Assembly: GCA_011109175.1 (NCBI GenBank) | Contig: RDEW01000010.1 | Location: 290,494 to 354,493, forward strand | Direction of reading: 5' to 3' | Length of the DNA stretch: 64,000 nucleotides | DNA from: Dicyema japonicum | Lineage: Eukaryota; Animalia; Dicyemida | Part shown: in pieces, positions 51,900 to 64,000 of the stretch | Layout of the letters: the number at the start of each line of letters is the position of its first letter | Numbering within the stretch: the stretch's first letter is position 1 | The notes under the pieces: generated by a model | The model's input: only the letters and a program-made list of their open reading frames with translations | Told to the model about the DNA's origin: nothing | Database searches by the model: none | Position numbers and translations under genes: made by a program

Positions 51900-52500
51900 T
51901 GTTCACTGACTGCTCTTATAATTAAGAACGCATTACCCTGACGATTTGAAACGAAATGCGTCCTTTGATGAACCAGTTCTTTTTTCTTCTATCATTTTTT
52001 TCTCGCGATAAGCAATCCGATTTTGTTTACCAGAATCAGTGACCTGCTTCACATGATTCCCGACGTTTCCATGTCAATTGGTTCAAAAATTAACTGTCAA
52101 CCTTCATTTTAAGCCTTTTCCAAGGCTGAGCTTGGGTTAGTTGAAGTTATAGCAAGATTGGCAAAAGAGAGACTATTCACACAGGTGACATCCCAAACGA
52201 GCTATCTACCACTTTCCCATTGGAAAAGAGTTGTCCTGACAGGCTTTTTATTGGCTGGGGCCGTCCGAGAGGCTCCAACTGGACAGGGAATCCGGCCGCT
52301 TCTTGTCCCACCCAATAGCTCGGTTGATTGCACTGTGTCCTGTACTCCTTCCAGGACTCCTCCGGCAGGAGAGAACGTGAAGACCTTATTTTTTCACATC
52401 TAAAGCGATGGACCAAACAAACATCCACTCCGAGGTGGAAACAAACCCCAATTATCTTGTCGTGGTCATTAATAGTGGCAAAAGTGAGGTACATGGGAAG
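51900..52500 (-). mobile_element. CRE-like REL fragment
   Basis: HLGVDVCLVH..C, AAGFPVQLEP, LVWDVTC and RISFQI.QGNA. Confidence 0.7.
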
Positions 52501-52599
52501 GCTCTGAATCACTTTTAATAATATTAATAATTCATAACAAATTATAATAAAAAATAAGATTAAAAGATTAATCATAAATAGACAATTATTTAATCACGT

Positions 52600-53640
52600 G
52601 ATAAGAATAATTGTGTGCTTACAATGGTAAATAGATTTGACACCATCATTCAGCCGGCTTTGAAAAGATGGATAGCTAATTTTCTTTCCGGAAGAAGAGG
52701 ACGTGTCTGTATAGGCCACGCAAGATCGAGGTCCCGTCTCCTACCAAATGGTATCCCTCAAGGATCGCCCCTCTCTCCGGCGTTATTCAATTTATTCCTC
52801 AACGATTGACCCTGCCCTGGAGGACCAGATTAAATGCCTCTCACTTATGCTGACGACCTAATCATCGCTAGCAGGAACAAATACGTGGGTACAGCTAAAT
52901 CAGAGCTTTAGTCACTTATTGACGACCTGGGAGCCTGGTTGAAGTTGAATCGTCTCTCCATATCCAGGGATAAATCAACGTATACAATCTTCACCACGGA
53001 CAGACAAGAAAAACATACACTGGATTTGAACATTTATGGAGACTCCTTACCATTACAGATTTGTCCAACTATCCTGGGAGTGACTTTTGACCCTTTGATG
53101 ACATTTTCTCAACATGTGGAGAACGTTATGACAAAGAGTCTCAGGAAACTAAATATAATCAAACCGCTCTTAAAGTCCAGGCCGTCACGGGAATGCGCTG
53201 TCGTCTTGTTGAATCAACTTCTAAAACCTACGGTAGAGTATGCTTGTGCCTCATGGAACTTCAATATCAATTCATACAAGATCAACTCCCTAACAGGCAA
53301 ACTCGCACTTCTAACAAATCTACCCCTGATCTTTCCCCCCAATGCTTGACCACGCTGCAATCAAAAATAACGGCTCCGGCTTCATCGGTCTGTGTGGTCA
53401 AGAAACAAGTCGTTTCTACCATTCAAGGCTAGAGGCCTCAAACACATAAAATTTGTGGAAAAAACCCACCTCTCTCCAAACTCTAATGAAAGATGATCGT
53501 CGTCTATTCAGGAAAGCCGTGGGTACTTTGGAAGAACATAGGAAAAACTTCTCGATCTTGTTGAAGCGTACAGGATCACTTATTTAGTAGGTTTACTCTT
53601 TCTTTCTTGGTGTTCCTTTTTCGGGGTTATTAAATAAATA
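52600..53640 (+). mobile_element. Ingi/I-like LINE 3' half
   Basis: WIANFLSGR, NGIPQGSPLSPALFNLF, YADD, ILGVTFD and YACASW; ends GIT* plus 3' UTR. Confidence 0.85.
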
Positions 53641-53649
53641 GAAATCGCA

Positions 53650-55232
53650 CTACGGGAGGTATGGAAAGCTATTTGAAAATGTGGCAAAAGGCTATGAAAT
53701 TTCAACAGAGAGAATTATGTTCAAAGAGATGTAAACAACTTAATAAAATTTTACTAAAATTTCACACAAGGAGCACGTAAAGTCTGATACACTACCATCA
53801 CGCAGGAAACTAAAGACTATCAGAACCACTCTTCTTTTCGGAGAATAGGTGAGGGAAACAATACATTCGCAAAAAACGACATACTCACGGACCAGACAGC
53901 ATTCAAGTTATTTTATCAAAAATCTTGGAGACGGGGGAGTCACTTTCTAACTTCAGTTTTCAACTGTTCGATTAACCAGAATGTGATACCATTATTATGA
54001 AGACAGGCAATAATACGGCCAATACTAAAACCAGGAAGACTGAGAGATGACCCACCGTCTTTTAGACAGGTATCACTACTATGTTCCATGTCAAAAATCC
54101 TGGAGAGGCTTGTGCTTGGAGAATAAAAGAATTTTTATTAGAGAGGCTTTTCAGCATGGATTCAAAAATGAAAGATCACGTCTAGATGCTTACAAACATT
54201 GACCGACTTTATTCAAGTCGGATTCACAACCAAGCCGAGACACTTTAAAACAGTGCTCTGTTCGATTGACATACATAAGCTATTGACTCAGTTTCGAAAA
54301 GATTCTATCGAGAAAAATATTTCAATTGGAGATCTCAGAGAAGCTAAAGCTTTGGATCACTAACTTCCTAAGTGGATGAAGGGGACGTGTTTGCCTGGAG
54401 GTCTGAAATCAATTTCACGGCTCCTCCCCAACGGAATCCCAAGGATCTCTTTATCCCCTGCTTGTTTAACCTATTTCTGGCTGATCTCCGACTCTTGAAT
54501 CTGATAATGATGTTCTATTTTCCTATGGGATGATATTGTGTTGGCTTCTCGGGATCAGGACATCCAGAAGGCCGCAGAAAGAATATAAATTGACCTGGAC
54601 AGGCTTAATGCCTGGATAATGGAAAACCGGCTCGTGGTGAATGCAGAGAAGTCGTCTACGTCACTAATAACCTGACAAAAGATTGGGAAGGAAGACAGTA
54701 CCTTGAAGTTAAACAAGGTTGGCATCCCTTTTAACAGATGTCAAAAGATTTGGGTGTGACAATTGATATGCATCTCTATCTGACACCACACGTAGAAAAC
54801 ATTATATTGAAATGCGAGAAGAAACTGAACGTATTTAAAAGTTCATCGAGAATATAGAAAAGTGGTACTCCCAGTCTTGATGAACGTATACAAACAGTGC
54901 ATCGAGCATGTTTTCTCATATACATGCGCCTCGTGGGACTGTCCATATTTGGACAAATATGAGGAAAATTGAGGAAATGCAAGAGGGCTCACAGAGTAAC
55001 GGAGCGTTGGATTTTTGAAGATCACCGAACCAGACCTACGCCTCTGGAAATCCTTATGAGACTATACTCCAGATCACGGGAAGGTGGCCTGAAAATTCAG
55101 GCATCCGTCCTGCACATTCATGCGCGGCTATTAAAGAAGAACACCGGGCAAAGATGAGGTCTATGTCGGAATGCATCGGGATCACGTGATAATTAGATTG
55201 GTTTTACCGTGGTCTTGGGTTAAATAAAATAA
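53650..55232 (+). mobile_element. Second Ingi/I-like LINE, degenerate
   Basis: GPD.I, PILKPG, FRQVSLL, QHGFK, NGIP.G and LGVTID; GIT* tail at 55178. Confidence 0.8.
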
Positions 55233-55499
55233 ATTGGTACAATTCATCTGGAAAACTGGTTTAAATTCCTGATTTTGTCCTCCAAAAAGTCATTTACACT
55301 TCATTTTGTAAATGTGAATTTTCTACCTTTCTAACTCGAGACTTTGAAAATGAACCGTATTTCTTCTTGAGAGTTTATCCCTCATTGAGGTGATCGTCGC
55401 TAAGTAGCTGTTAGTGATAGGTTGGAGAGAGAAAAGCAATCAACACAAGTGGCGGTCCAAGCCAGGTATTTCTCATCCTTCCATACGAAAAGAGTCTGG

Positions 55500-55900
55500 C
55501 AAGCATTCCTCCATGTTCGCGCAAGAACTCAGACGTCGTTGGACCAACGGCTCCTGATGACTCGACCACAACAGAAGTAAAGCGGCACCGGTCCCCGAGG
55601 CAAGAATTTTTTGATTTTTACGTTTTCCGCAATTGAAGCAGCTTCTCCAGGTGTCTGAACCGATTTAAGGAGGTTCTTGCTTGAATACGCATCAACACAA
55701 GTTGCGTCCCAGACCAAAGATCTTCTGGATTTGTATGGGAAAAGGGTCATCCATTTAGGTCTTTTTCAATCTCCTCGATCGAAACCCATGAGTTCAAGCT
55801 GTGATGGGAAGCCTGTAGCCTTTAGAACTCTGACGATCACATCGTTCAGAGCAGCGTGACGTGGTCCTCTTCCGACGCTTTTTCTGCAGGAGAGCGGATG
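55500..55900 (-). mobile_element. CRE-like REL fragment
   Basis: RHAALND, TLFPYKSRRSLVWDATCVD and VESSG. Confidence 0.75.
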
Positions 55901-57299
55901 AAATCTTTTCGAATCGACTATTTTGAAAAGTTAAAAGAGCACTTAATTTAGTGAGCTTGAATGGCCATCCCGTTTCTACTGAAATGAGTTTCGAGATTCG
56001 CTCTCGAAGCCATTCAGTCTCATGTGGTCTCATGGAGGTGGCACCAGATCACCTGGCTAAATGGTCTCTATTAATGAACGCTTCAAAAACGGATATCGTC
56101 GAGATTTAGCGGATGGAACCATGCAGTTACGAAAACTTGAGAAAGACCATAAAATTTGACTCGCTTCTTAGGGACTCCAAAGACATTAACTGAAGGAAAT
56201 TGTTATCTACGGTGACCATGCAAAAGCTTTTGAAAAGGATGGATCCAAAGGCGTCCAGTCTGCCCATCACTCCGACTCAGATTTTATAAGGTTTTAGTGA
56301 AACCGATCCTTACGTATAACTTTGGAACATGGGGAATCTCAACGGTTCGAATCCTTTCATATGAATCAACTTCAGTTCTCTGGGATTAAAGTGGAAGTTG
56401 TGATTCCACTTTTGCCATGCATCTTTGATACACGCTGTAAGTCGTTTTCATCCTCCTCTGTTTCTCACAACCGCCCTCAGATCATCCAGATCCTCTCCTG
56501 TTTTCAGCATTCTTCTTATGCAAGTGAGCTCTGTCGACCTCGATGCGTTGTTTTGTTTAATGTAGAGTCCGTGTCCTGATTGGACGGTCCCATTTCCGAA
56601 GCTCACAAAGATTTTATACAGCTGCGTCATTAAAATAAGATCATCAGAGAAAGCAGTAGATTTCTGTCAATGGCATCAAAATGACAGGTCGCGGTTATGA
56701 GCGTTCTACGTGGTCAAAAGACGTTCATTCGATAAACTTTACGCTCGCCCTTATATACGAACGTTCCCAGAATAAGGATGCTGTCCCACAAGGTGCGTAC
56801 TTCCAAGTGTTTGGCAGAGCTCTGGGCGATTACGTCCATAACATGATGCTGAAACTGTTTCATTTATTGGCGATACTTGCAATTTAACAAATTTAAAAAA
56901 AAATAATGGAACAAATCACCTATCCCCTCTGCATCGAAATCCACCGTCATTATTCACGTCCAACCGCCGCCAACTAAATTTTCAACCAATTTTAACAATT
57001 CATGGACAAACACTCTCCATTACGAAACATCCCAAAATAAGGTGGAGTCATTTTTAACCAACTACTAACTTTCTCGAAACATTAGGAGGAACTTTTACAA
57101 AAGCCTCTCGCAAGATCAACATACTGAAAGCTGTGACAGACCTTTTGCAACCTCTACGTGTTGACAACAAAACACCTATTTGAATGTCATGAATTAACAC
57201 AACGTTCGTCTACAATGCGGTGACTGACTGATCCAGCGAACGGAATTTGCTGCGCCCTATTTAATAGCTGCTGGCTTCCTATAAGTTAGTGAGGTTACT

Positions 57300-57827
57300 T
57301 AACTAAGTAACATTTCTATACCAAAAGAGTCTAACTTAAAAAGACATTATGAAAATAACTATCGATTTTGCGATAAATACGAGGACTTAATGCGTGTTCG
57401 AAGACTCAAAGAATTGAAGGCTAAGTTGACACAGCAACAAGCATGTTTTACAAAAATGTTCAGTTCTACCTATGTGTGGACAGTTGTTTTCCTTCGTAAA
57501 ATCAACAAAATCTTCTCAGAGAACAAGGTTGACTGATGAACACTTGTCATTCTTGATTAAGGTCGAAACTGCTAATACATTTCAGATGTACGAGAAATTG
57601 TCATGAAAAAGAGGCACCTCAGGAGTAAAAATAATAATCTTGAAAAAATGATTAAAATGTTATATTTGGCCGTTGTAGTAATATTTTTATTTTTTAGATT
57701 TGTTAGGCTTGTAAATATATAAATACACTTCAATAAGATTTTTATTTTTTAGATTTGTTAGTGTGTCCCACTTGCATATTCAAATTATCTATACGGCCCC
57801 TCGAGCATTTCGAGTTTGAGATGCCTG
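57300..57827 (+). mobile_element. hAT (SPIN/Charlie-like) internally deleted remnant
   Basis: KESNLKRHYE, ELKAKL.QQQ..FTK, MFSSTYVC.Q.FS and RLTDEHL; right end GAGTTTGAGATGCCTG. Confidence 0.75.
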
Positions 57828-58139
57828 ATCTAGAAGAGTCCCAAAAATATGCAGGGAAGAGCCATTAGTCACATATTGGTTTCATTTATTGATACAGAAG
57901 CAAGCACGCATGTCGTTGTTGATCCAATTTTGGTTTTACCACTTCAATAGTATTGTTTAGAACAAATCATCCCAGTCTGCGTTGTTCCTCAAGGGTTTAT
58001 TAAGTTCCAAAGTTCAGGCGTGCCCATTGAATTAAATAGAAAGTTAATAATTTCTAATAACTAATCCTGACGATGGTTTGGTTCAAATTAGATATGTGTT
58101 CTACAGCAGTGTCGATGCAATGAGTGGATTGACTGTTTA

Positions 58140-58520
58140 GGACTACATTTACTCGCTTACAGGAGGAGTGCCGGTATTTCCCTAAACATAAACCTTTAAA
58201 CTAAGTCATTTGACGCGCTTTGTTTTTACTCTGTACTTGAACCAGTCAATATGTGTAGACGAGATGGAATAAACATCTTTCCGTTAGTTGAAGGAAAGTC
58301 TCTATTCTAGGACGTCACATATAAGAACACTTTTTGCTTCGCACAACATTCCAATGCCTGTTCGATCGTTGAGAATAGCGAGAAATTGAAGTGTCGGAAA
58401 TATAATGACCTACGGAGATGTGGCGTTTATTACAGTTGAAACCCTTGGAGCCTCAACACTCCTCGTATATTTTTTTTCAAAAAACTCGGAAGGCTCATCT
58501 CAGCCTTCTCAGGAGAGCAC
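58140..58520 (+). mobile_element. CRE-like REL fragment
   Basis: RDGINIFPL..GKSLF.DVT, EKLKC.KY and VETLG. Confidence 0.65.
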
Positions 58521-59223
58521 GTTAAATTATTTTCTAGTTGTTTGCCATCCACGTGTTACTACATAACGATGGCTCTAACAAATACTTTGCTGCAAAAAGC
58601 ACAAGGATCATATTTACTCTGACTTTAACAAACTTTATTGCATGATCATAACAATGTTTCTCCACGATGACGCCATTTCACTTCAGACTAACTAACTATC
58701 TTCAGATTCACGGATAATAGCAGCGGAATGTTATCGCTGCCAATAAATGATTCCGAATCAGAACTCATCTCAAAGTTGAAAGGTCGACATCACAGCCAAA
58801 AGATCAATCAGATAATTTTTAAGTAAGTCACCTGCTTGTGGAGAAAGCAGGATTTTGTAGCGAACAGACCAAGTTATTTCCTTCATTAAACAACTATCAA
58901 ACAGTTTGCTAAATAATAGCTACTGGACTAGCGTCAAGATCCTAGATTTCCTTACAAAACTTTTTAATAATGGTCATAAAAATAACGCTACAATTATAAA
59001 AAGTATCCATTACGACTTCATAAAATTTCCTAACATAGCATTTAGTTGAATCTCTTGTATGAGGATTCGAATTCTACAAGTTTATCCTTTAATCATTATG
59101 TCTTAGCGATCAACTAAGGGGAAGTTGACGTTTTTTAACCATCATGTTACCTCTAATCACTTTTATGTACTAATCCTTTATCACACATTTACCAAATTAC
59201 AAATTCACAGATATTGGACACAT

Positions 59224-59299
59224 CAGTGCTTCTCACCCTTTTGAGGATCGCCTAAAAAATCCCTCAAATTAAAAAAATCGCCCTCGTTGAGAAACACTG
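59224..59299. mobile_element. 76-bp hAT-type MITE
   Basis: CAGTGCTTCTCA.C ... GTTGAGAAACACTG; flanks GGACACAT / GGATGCAT (degenerate 8-bp TSD). Confidence 0.6.
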
Positions 59300-59597
59300 G
59301 GATGCATGAAGCTCTCGCGTTCCTTAGGATCTCAAAACTATAATACTGCGATCTATTAAAAAAATATTTGAAACAAAAAGTGCTGTGATTTCAAAAAAAG
59401 AAATAGCTTAGAAAAGAATGCCACCTGTGGAACAAAAAAATCCGTCACCATTAATTCTCTGATTATACTTCAGATAAGCTACATACATCTAAAAATCAAA
59501 AGTCGCTAATAAAATAGACATCAAAATAATACGCAAGCCTACAAAAACCAACTACTAAATATTTAAAGAATTCAAACGTTAATACCAAAATTAATGA

Positions 59598-60117
59598 TTA
59601 CTGACGTTTGGGTGGCATAAACCCAGGAACTGGATATTGTGGAGGCATTGGGAATCCTGGTCTTATAGGCATGACTTCTAAAAATAAAAAATAAAGTCAA
59701 ACGGGGAGGCGGAATTGCGTACATTCCTGAAGGAGTGGCAGTCATCTGTGGTGGGTAAAAGGAAGCCACCATTGGAGGAGGCTGGTTTACATTAATACCA
59801 GGGACCACAGAGGTGTCCCCCATATGGTTAAATTGCGGAGGCGGTTTGGCACCAAGTAGATGCATTGCAGCTGTTTTGTCGACTATTTTTTGAACCTTCT
59901 CTTGACGGAGATTATAGTAATAATCCCGAACGTTTTCTCTATGTTTTCTACCACCGTTGTGGGTTTTCCGGACAGAAGGCTTTGTATGATTAAATAGTAT
60001 TACCGAATCGTGTGTCAAATATGCATCGCAGTAATCACAATAGAAACTATTTTTTTAATTATTATATTTTTGTTTAAAAACTCATTTACTGAGAAAAAAG
60101 TGAACTTACCGTGGCAT
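59598..60117 (-). CDS. SNRPC: U1 snRNP protein C
   Basis: MPR|[14 protein letters not shown]|[21 protein letters not shown] plus Pro/Met-rich tail. Introns 60047-60109, 59980-60003 and 59678-59702. Intact ORF. Confidence 0.96.
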
Positions 60118-60249
60118 AACAACAACAGAAAATAAAATATAGATCTATTTATTAATTTAAAATTTTGTTAATATAAATATTAAATAATTTTTAATTTGAT
60201 ATAAAACATACATACTCATCTTGTAAAATTTTATTTTTATATTTTTGGA

Positions 60250-60470
60250 CGCGTGGGGCCATGTGGTGTTATGTGGCTATCTGGTCAAAAATTATTTTTC
60301 TTCTTACCGATGGTGTCATTAGATCCACTTTACTGAGGAGACGCCCAATGCCTGGTCAGTATCAAGATGATCCAACTATTCATTCCCCAGGGGACAATGT
60401 CGTTACCTGGAGACAAGTTCTGGAGCGCTGGAACGAGTCAGGATCAAGTAGTTTATTAGTTTGGTTACCC
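60250..60470 (-). repeat. Solo short element carrying the structured leader core, just upstream of SNRPC
   Basis: Paralogous to 38030-38225. Confidence 0.75.
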
Positions 60471-61299
60471 TTGGTTTTTAAAATAATTTTTGTTTTTTAA
60501 TTAATTTTAATATACTTTATTTTCTGAAAAAGCTTCTTATTGAGATTTTCGATTCGAAAGTTTGTCAAAACCTAAAACTGCTTGATCAATTTTCTTTCTG
60601 AGCGACGTGGGAAAGTAGTCTGCAGTCATCGATTTCTTCCGAATCTCAATATGTACGCTTTTTACTTCAGACCGTTGTTCAAAAGAAGAGCCAAGAATTT
60701 TTATTGCTTTTGTCCAGATATAAGCAACAAGGTCTCTTCAATTCTTGGATAAATGTTTCGACAGACTGTTTAATTTTATCTCCCATGCAAAGAAAGTCCT
60801 CACCAAAAAGCATACAGAAGTTGAACTTTGTAAGCGCACTTGCCTGGAAGGACTCCTTTGAATTAGATGCTTATGTTACAACACTCTACCAAAAACTATC
60901 GCCTCCCGACTGTGGAGAATGCCTCTTGCGTAGATATTCGCTTTACAAACTCAATTAAATATATCGAAAAACTATTCATATGATGTGCCCTCATTCTGAA
61001 TCAATGGTTAATCCCCTACTCACGGAAGCTACGACCCTTATTCTTTCGGGTTTGTAAGGAGGATGGAAACCCGCTTGACCTGTCCTTTTCCAAGGCAAAA
61101 GAAGGTCGATTGGTCAGGAAGTTCCTCTCCCAAATCAGATTCCTCTGCAAGGATGAGAGAAGGCTCTTTCGCACGGTAGTGGGAACAATAGGAGACCACA
61201 GACGTTGGATGCCTCATTTGATGTCGGGAACTGGGATTACCTAACTGTCTGACGTTTTCAAGTTTCCTGAGTAGCTTAGGATAGATTAGGAAAATTACT

Positions 61300-61960
61300 T
61301 CTAGGTGTGAATTTTATACGTTGAAGTCCATAGTAAACCTGGAGAGTTTGATGAATTCCACACCTCACTATCATACTACTCAATCCGACCAGAAAGATAA
61401 AAAAATGGCTATAAACTAGAAATATCATATTACAGAGATATTATAAATGATGTCAATCTTCTTGATAATCAGAGCCTACAAAGAAAATGAGATTTTGATC
61501 TAAACCAACGCTTCAAACACTAATTATATACACTCATATAACAAACGATATTACGAATATTGGGTGTCACATTTGACTATCATGACCTTAGGACATCAAT
61601 GAGCAACGAATTGTCTTTTTGCTAAAAAACACAACTTGTTAAAAGTTCTCCTTGGACAATGTAGTATTTATTTTTCCTCAGCATTAGGCTTCCTATATGC
61701 GCAGTACATTGAACCAACTATCAGTTACGGTTCGTCGCCTCAGGTAAAAACTTCACAAAATCCACTCATAAAAATCAGACTCTTATCATTTTGGATAATT
61801 AAGTCCCATTGATCAAACAAAGCCCTATTGACTAATATGCAATATTACTTTGTCAAATGAAGGAATGAAACCATCAAGACTATTGCAGCATTTGCGAAGC
61901 AAGAATCCTTGTAAACTTGACAAACCTATCAGATACATTGAAAAACTAAGGGAGAACAAT
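61300..61960 (+). mobile_element. Ingi/I-like LINE remnant
   Basis: ILGVTFD and Y..YIEPTISYGSS. Confidence 0.55.
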
Positions 61961-62434
61961 TTCAACACTTTTAAAATTAAAAAATACAAATAACATACAT
62001 AACTAATAGTTTTAGTTATTTTTTTAGAAGACTGGAAACCTCATAAANGCCCTATTGACTAATATGCAATATTACTTTGTCAAATGAAGGAATGAAACCA
62101 TCAAGACTATTGCAGCATTTGCGAAGCAAGAATTCTTGTAAACTTGACCAACCTATCAGATACATTGAAAAACTAAGGGAGAACAATTTCAACACTTTTA
62201 AAATTAAAAAATACAAATAACATACATAACTAATAGTTCTAGTTATTTTTTTAGAAGACTGGAAACCTCATAAAATATCTGAATGGTCGCAAAAACAAAC
62301 TGTTACCATACGATTGGAGAGTTAATAAAATTGATATTACCGGATGTTAGGATAAATGTTTAATGCAATTTAATTCATATATTTTTTAACGAGAAAAGTA
62401 ATTTATTAAATAAAAAAAGTAAGCAAATGGTCAT

Positions 62435-63290
62435 ATAGCGGCCGCCCTGACTGCGTGGCTATTCCCTCTCAGGATGGAGAGATTCGCTCAAAGCAGCGCT
62501 CACGGGGGTCTCCTGATCGTGTAGAAACCCAATTCCCTAGACGACTCAGGAATTCCAGCGTCGCAGGCGCAAGGGAACCAGACGTCTCAACGGTTATCGA
62601 AAAAAACAAAAAATTATTGGGTAGGACAGTGTACTTTGCCAATTTCGACCTCTCAGCCCTCTCACTCAGGAATTCCAGCGTCGCAGGCGCAAGGGAACCA
62701 GACGTCTCAACGGTTATCGGAAAAAACAAAAAATTATTGGGTAGGACAGTGTACTTTGCCAATTTCGACCTCTCAGCCCTCTCAGCGACAGAACAGTCTC
62801 CAGAGGCGCTCTGGAGCAGGTTGCAAAGGGCAAATGTGTTGGTGCAGAACAAGAGGTTTCCCGACTTCAAAGAGTAAGATTGTGATCTTATCTGGTCGTT
62901 TTCCGTCACGTCTGCAAAGACCGACTGGTTCAAGCATGGAGGGGTGTCCGGCGGCGTCCAAAACTCGCCTAGCGCCTTCGTTCAAGGCCATATGTCTGGG
63001 AAATCTACTTGCACTTTTCCTGAAGGTGTAGGTCAAAACAGTCGATCTGGTCTCCCCATCAGCAAGGATGTGGAACACAAACTTTTAATCCCAGTCGTAA
63101 TGAGATTCCAATACGGATGAATTCATCATTTAGAAAGGTACCCAAAACTCCATTGGGAATGGCGTTGAGCCTCGGAAGATTCCCTCGACAACAAACATGC
63201 ACTGCGATGTTGGCTAGATGACACTAGCAATTCTTCGAAAAAATTCCGGCATACAGCATCGTTCAGGCAAGGCTAAGAGAACATGGAAGG
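62435..63290 (-). mobile_element. CRE-like REL fragment with 120-bp internal tandem duplication
   Basis: RHMALNE, LEPVGLCRRDGKRPD, AERSKLAKY...VETSGSLA (twice) and ILRGNSHA. Confidence 0.85.
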
Positions 63291-63445
63291 CAGTCGGTTA
63301 CGCAGTGATATGTTCACTGATGACGACATCACTTTTCAAATCAAAGCATCGTCGATACGTGAAACCTTTAGTCAGGATGTACAGCAGCGAGATTTTAACT
63401 AGGGGCCATCAGGCCTTTTTCCATGCACTCGTTACGCTGAATTAA
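63290..63445 (-). mobile_element. SINE copy (partial)
   Basis: Aligns with 31280-31420. Confidence 0.6.
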
Positions 63446-64000
63446 TAAGAAAACATGTTGAAGTGGAGAAACTCCACGAATATGATCTATTTACAGAACC
63501 CGCACAATTCACAACGCCAAGGTGACGATAATCCTAATTGTCTTGACCTGTGATAAAGGATTAACAAAGTACTACAAGTCCTATATTGAAAGACTAAACG
63601 TGGACGTATCGACAAGGGAATACGTTCAGGCTGAAACTAATAAAAATCTTTGGTGAGTATGATAGTCAAACACATAAATAAACTTAAAATTGAAAAGTAT
63701 GAAAATGAAATCACGAGATTGATTAATTATCTTATTGCAAGAGACTATGAACTCGAAGAAGACTTCTAAGAACAACTAGGAGAACCAATAGTTTCTGCCA
63801 GACGAGGTTAATAATGAAGGGGATAGAGGGCCAATGCCCTAAAAGGAGAAGAATTCATTGAGTCTTGAATACAAATTGAAAAACCAAAATTTAAATTATT
63901 ATTATTTTTAAAATTTCAATCTACCATGAAGAATTTGAATAAATTAAAACTATCTCTTTCCGTGGAGAAATTTAGACAAATTTGACAAATATGGTAATTT

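Noticed and set aside
61822-62275. ~227-bp tandem duplication
   Set aside because: The copies are joined by a single N (62048) and differ at about 3 sites, which is typical of overlapping contig ends or haplotypes at a scaffold join.
62544-62783. 120-bp tandem repeat protein ORF
   Set aside because: It is a simple duplication inside a dead CRE endonuclease fragment; the overlapping ORFs are by-products.

Overview
This is AT-rich eukaryotic (animal) nuclear DNA, not prokaryotic. Compact host genes with mostly 21-30 nt GT-AG introns sit in a dense field of decayed transposons. Host genes rebuilt by hand-splicing are a Rubicon-homology (DEF8/PLEKHM1-like) zinc-finger gene, a duplicated orphan gene (two inverted copies), FAM210, PRPF18, an innexin, a divergent calmodulin, a second degenerate innexin, WDR19/IFT144 (about 32 introns), an NK2 homeobox gene, a DRAM/TMEM150-family gene and SNRPC (U1-C). 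Innexins, NK2, IFT144 and ~25-nt introns together suggest a ciliated, highly reduced invertebrate such as a dicyemid mesozoan (inference). Mobile DNA includes RTE-, CRE-, R4- and Ingi/I-like non-LTR retrotransposon remnants, a tRNA-derived SINE, a TIR-bounded Ginger2/TDD transposon whose integrase carries three miniature introns, hAT remnants and very small MITEs. The best novelty candidate is a dispersed ~70-nt motif with apparently covarying helices. It occurs in the 5' leader of RTE elements and as solo short elements in at least seven copies, and is a candidate ribozyme or other structured RNA. Many conserved genes show 1-2 nt deletion frameshifts, most likely consensus errors. All assignments come from reading motifs by eye; no searches were run.
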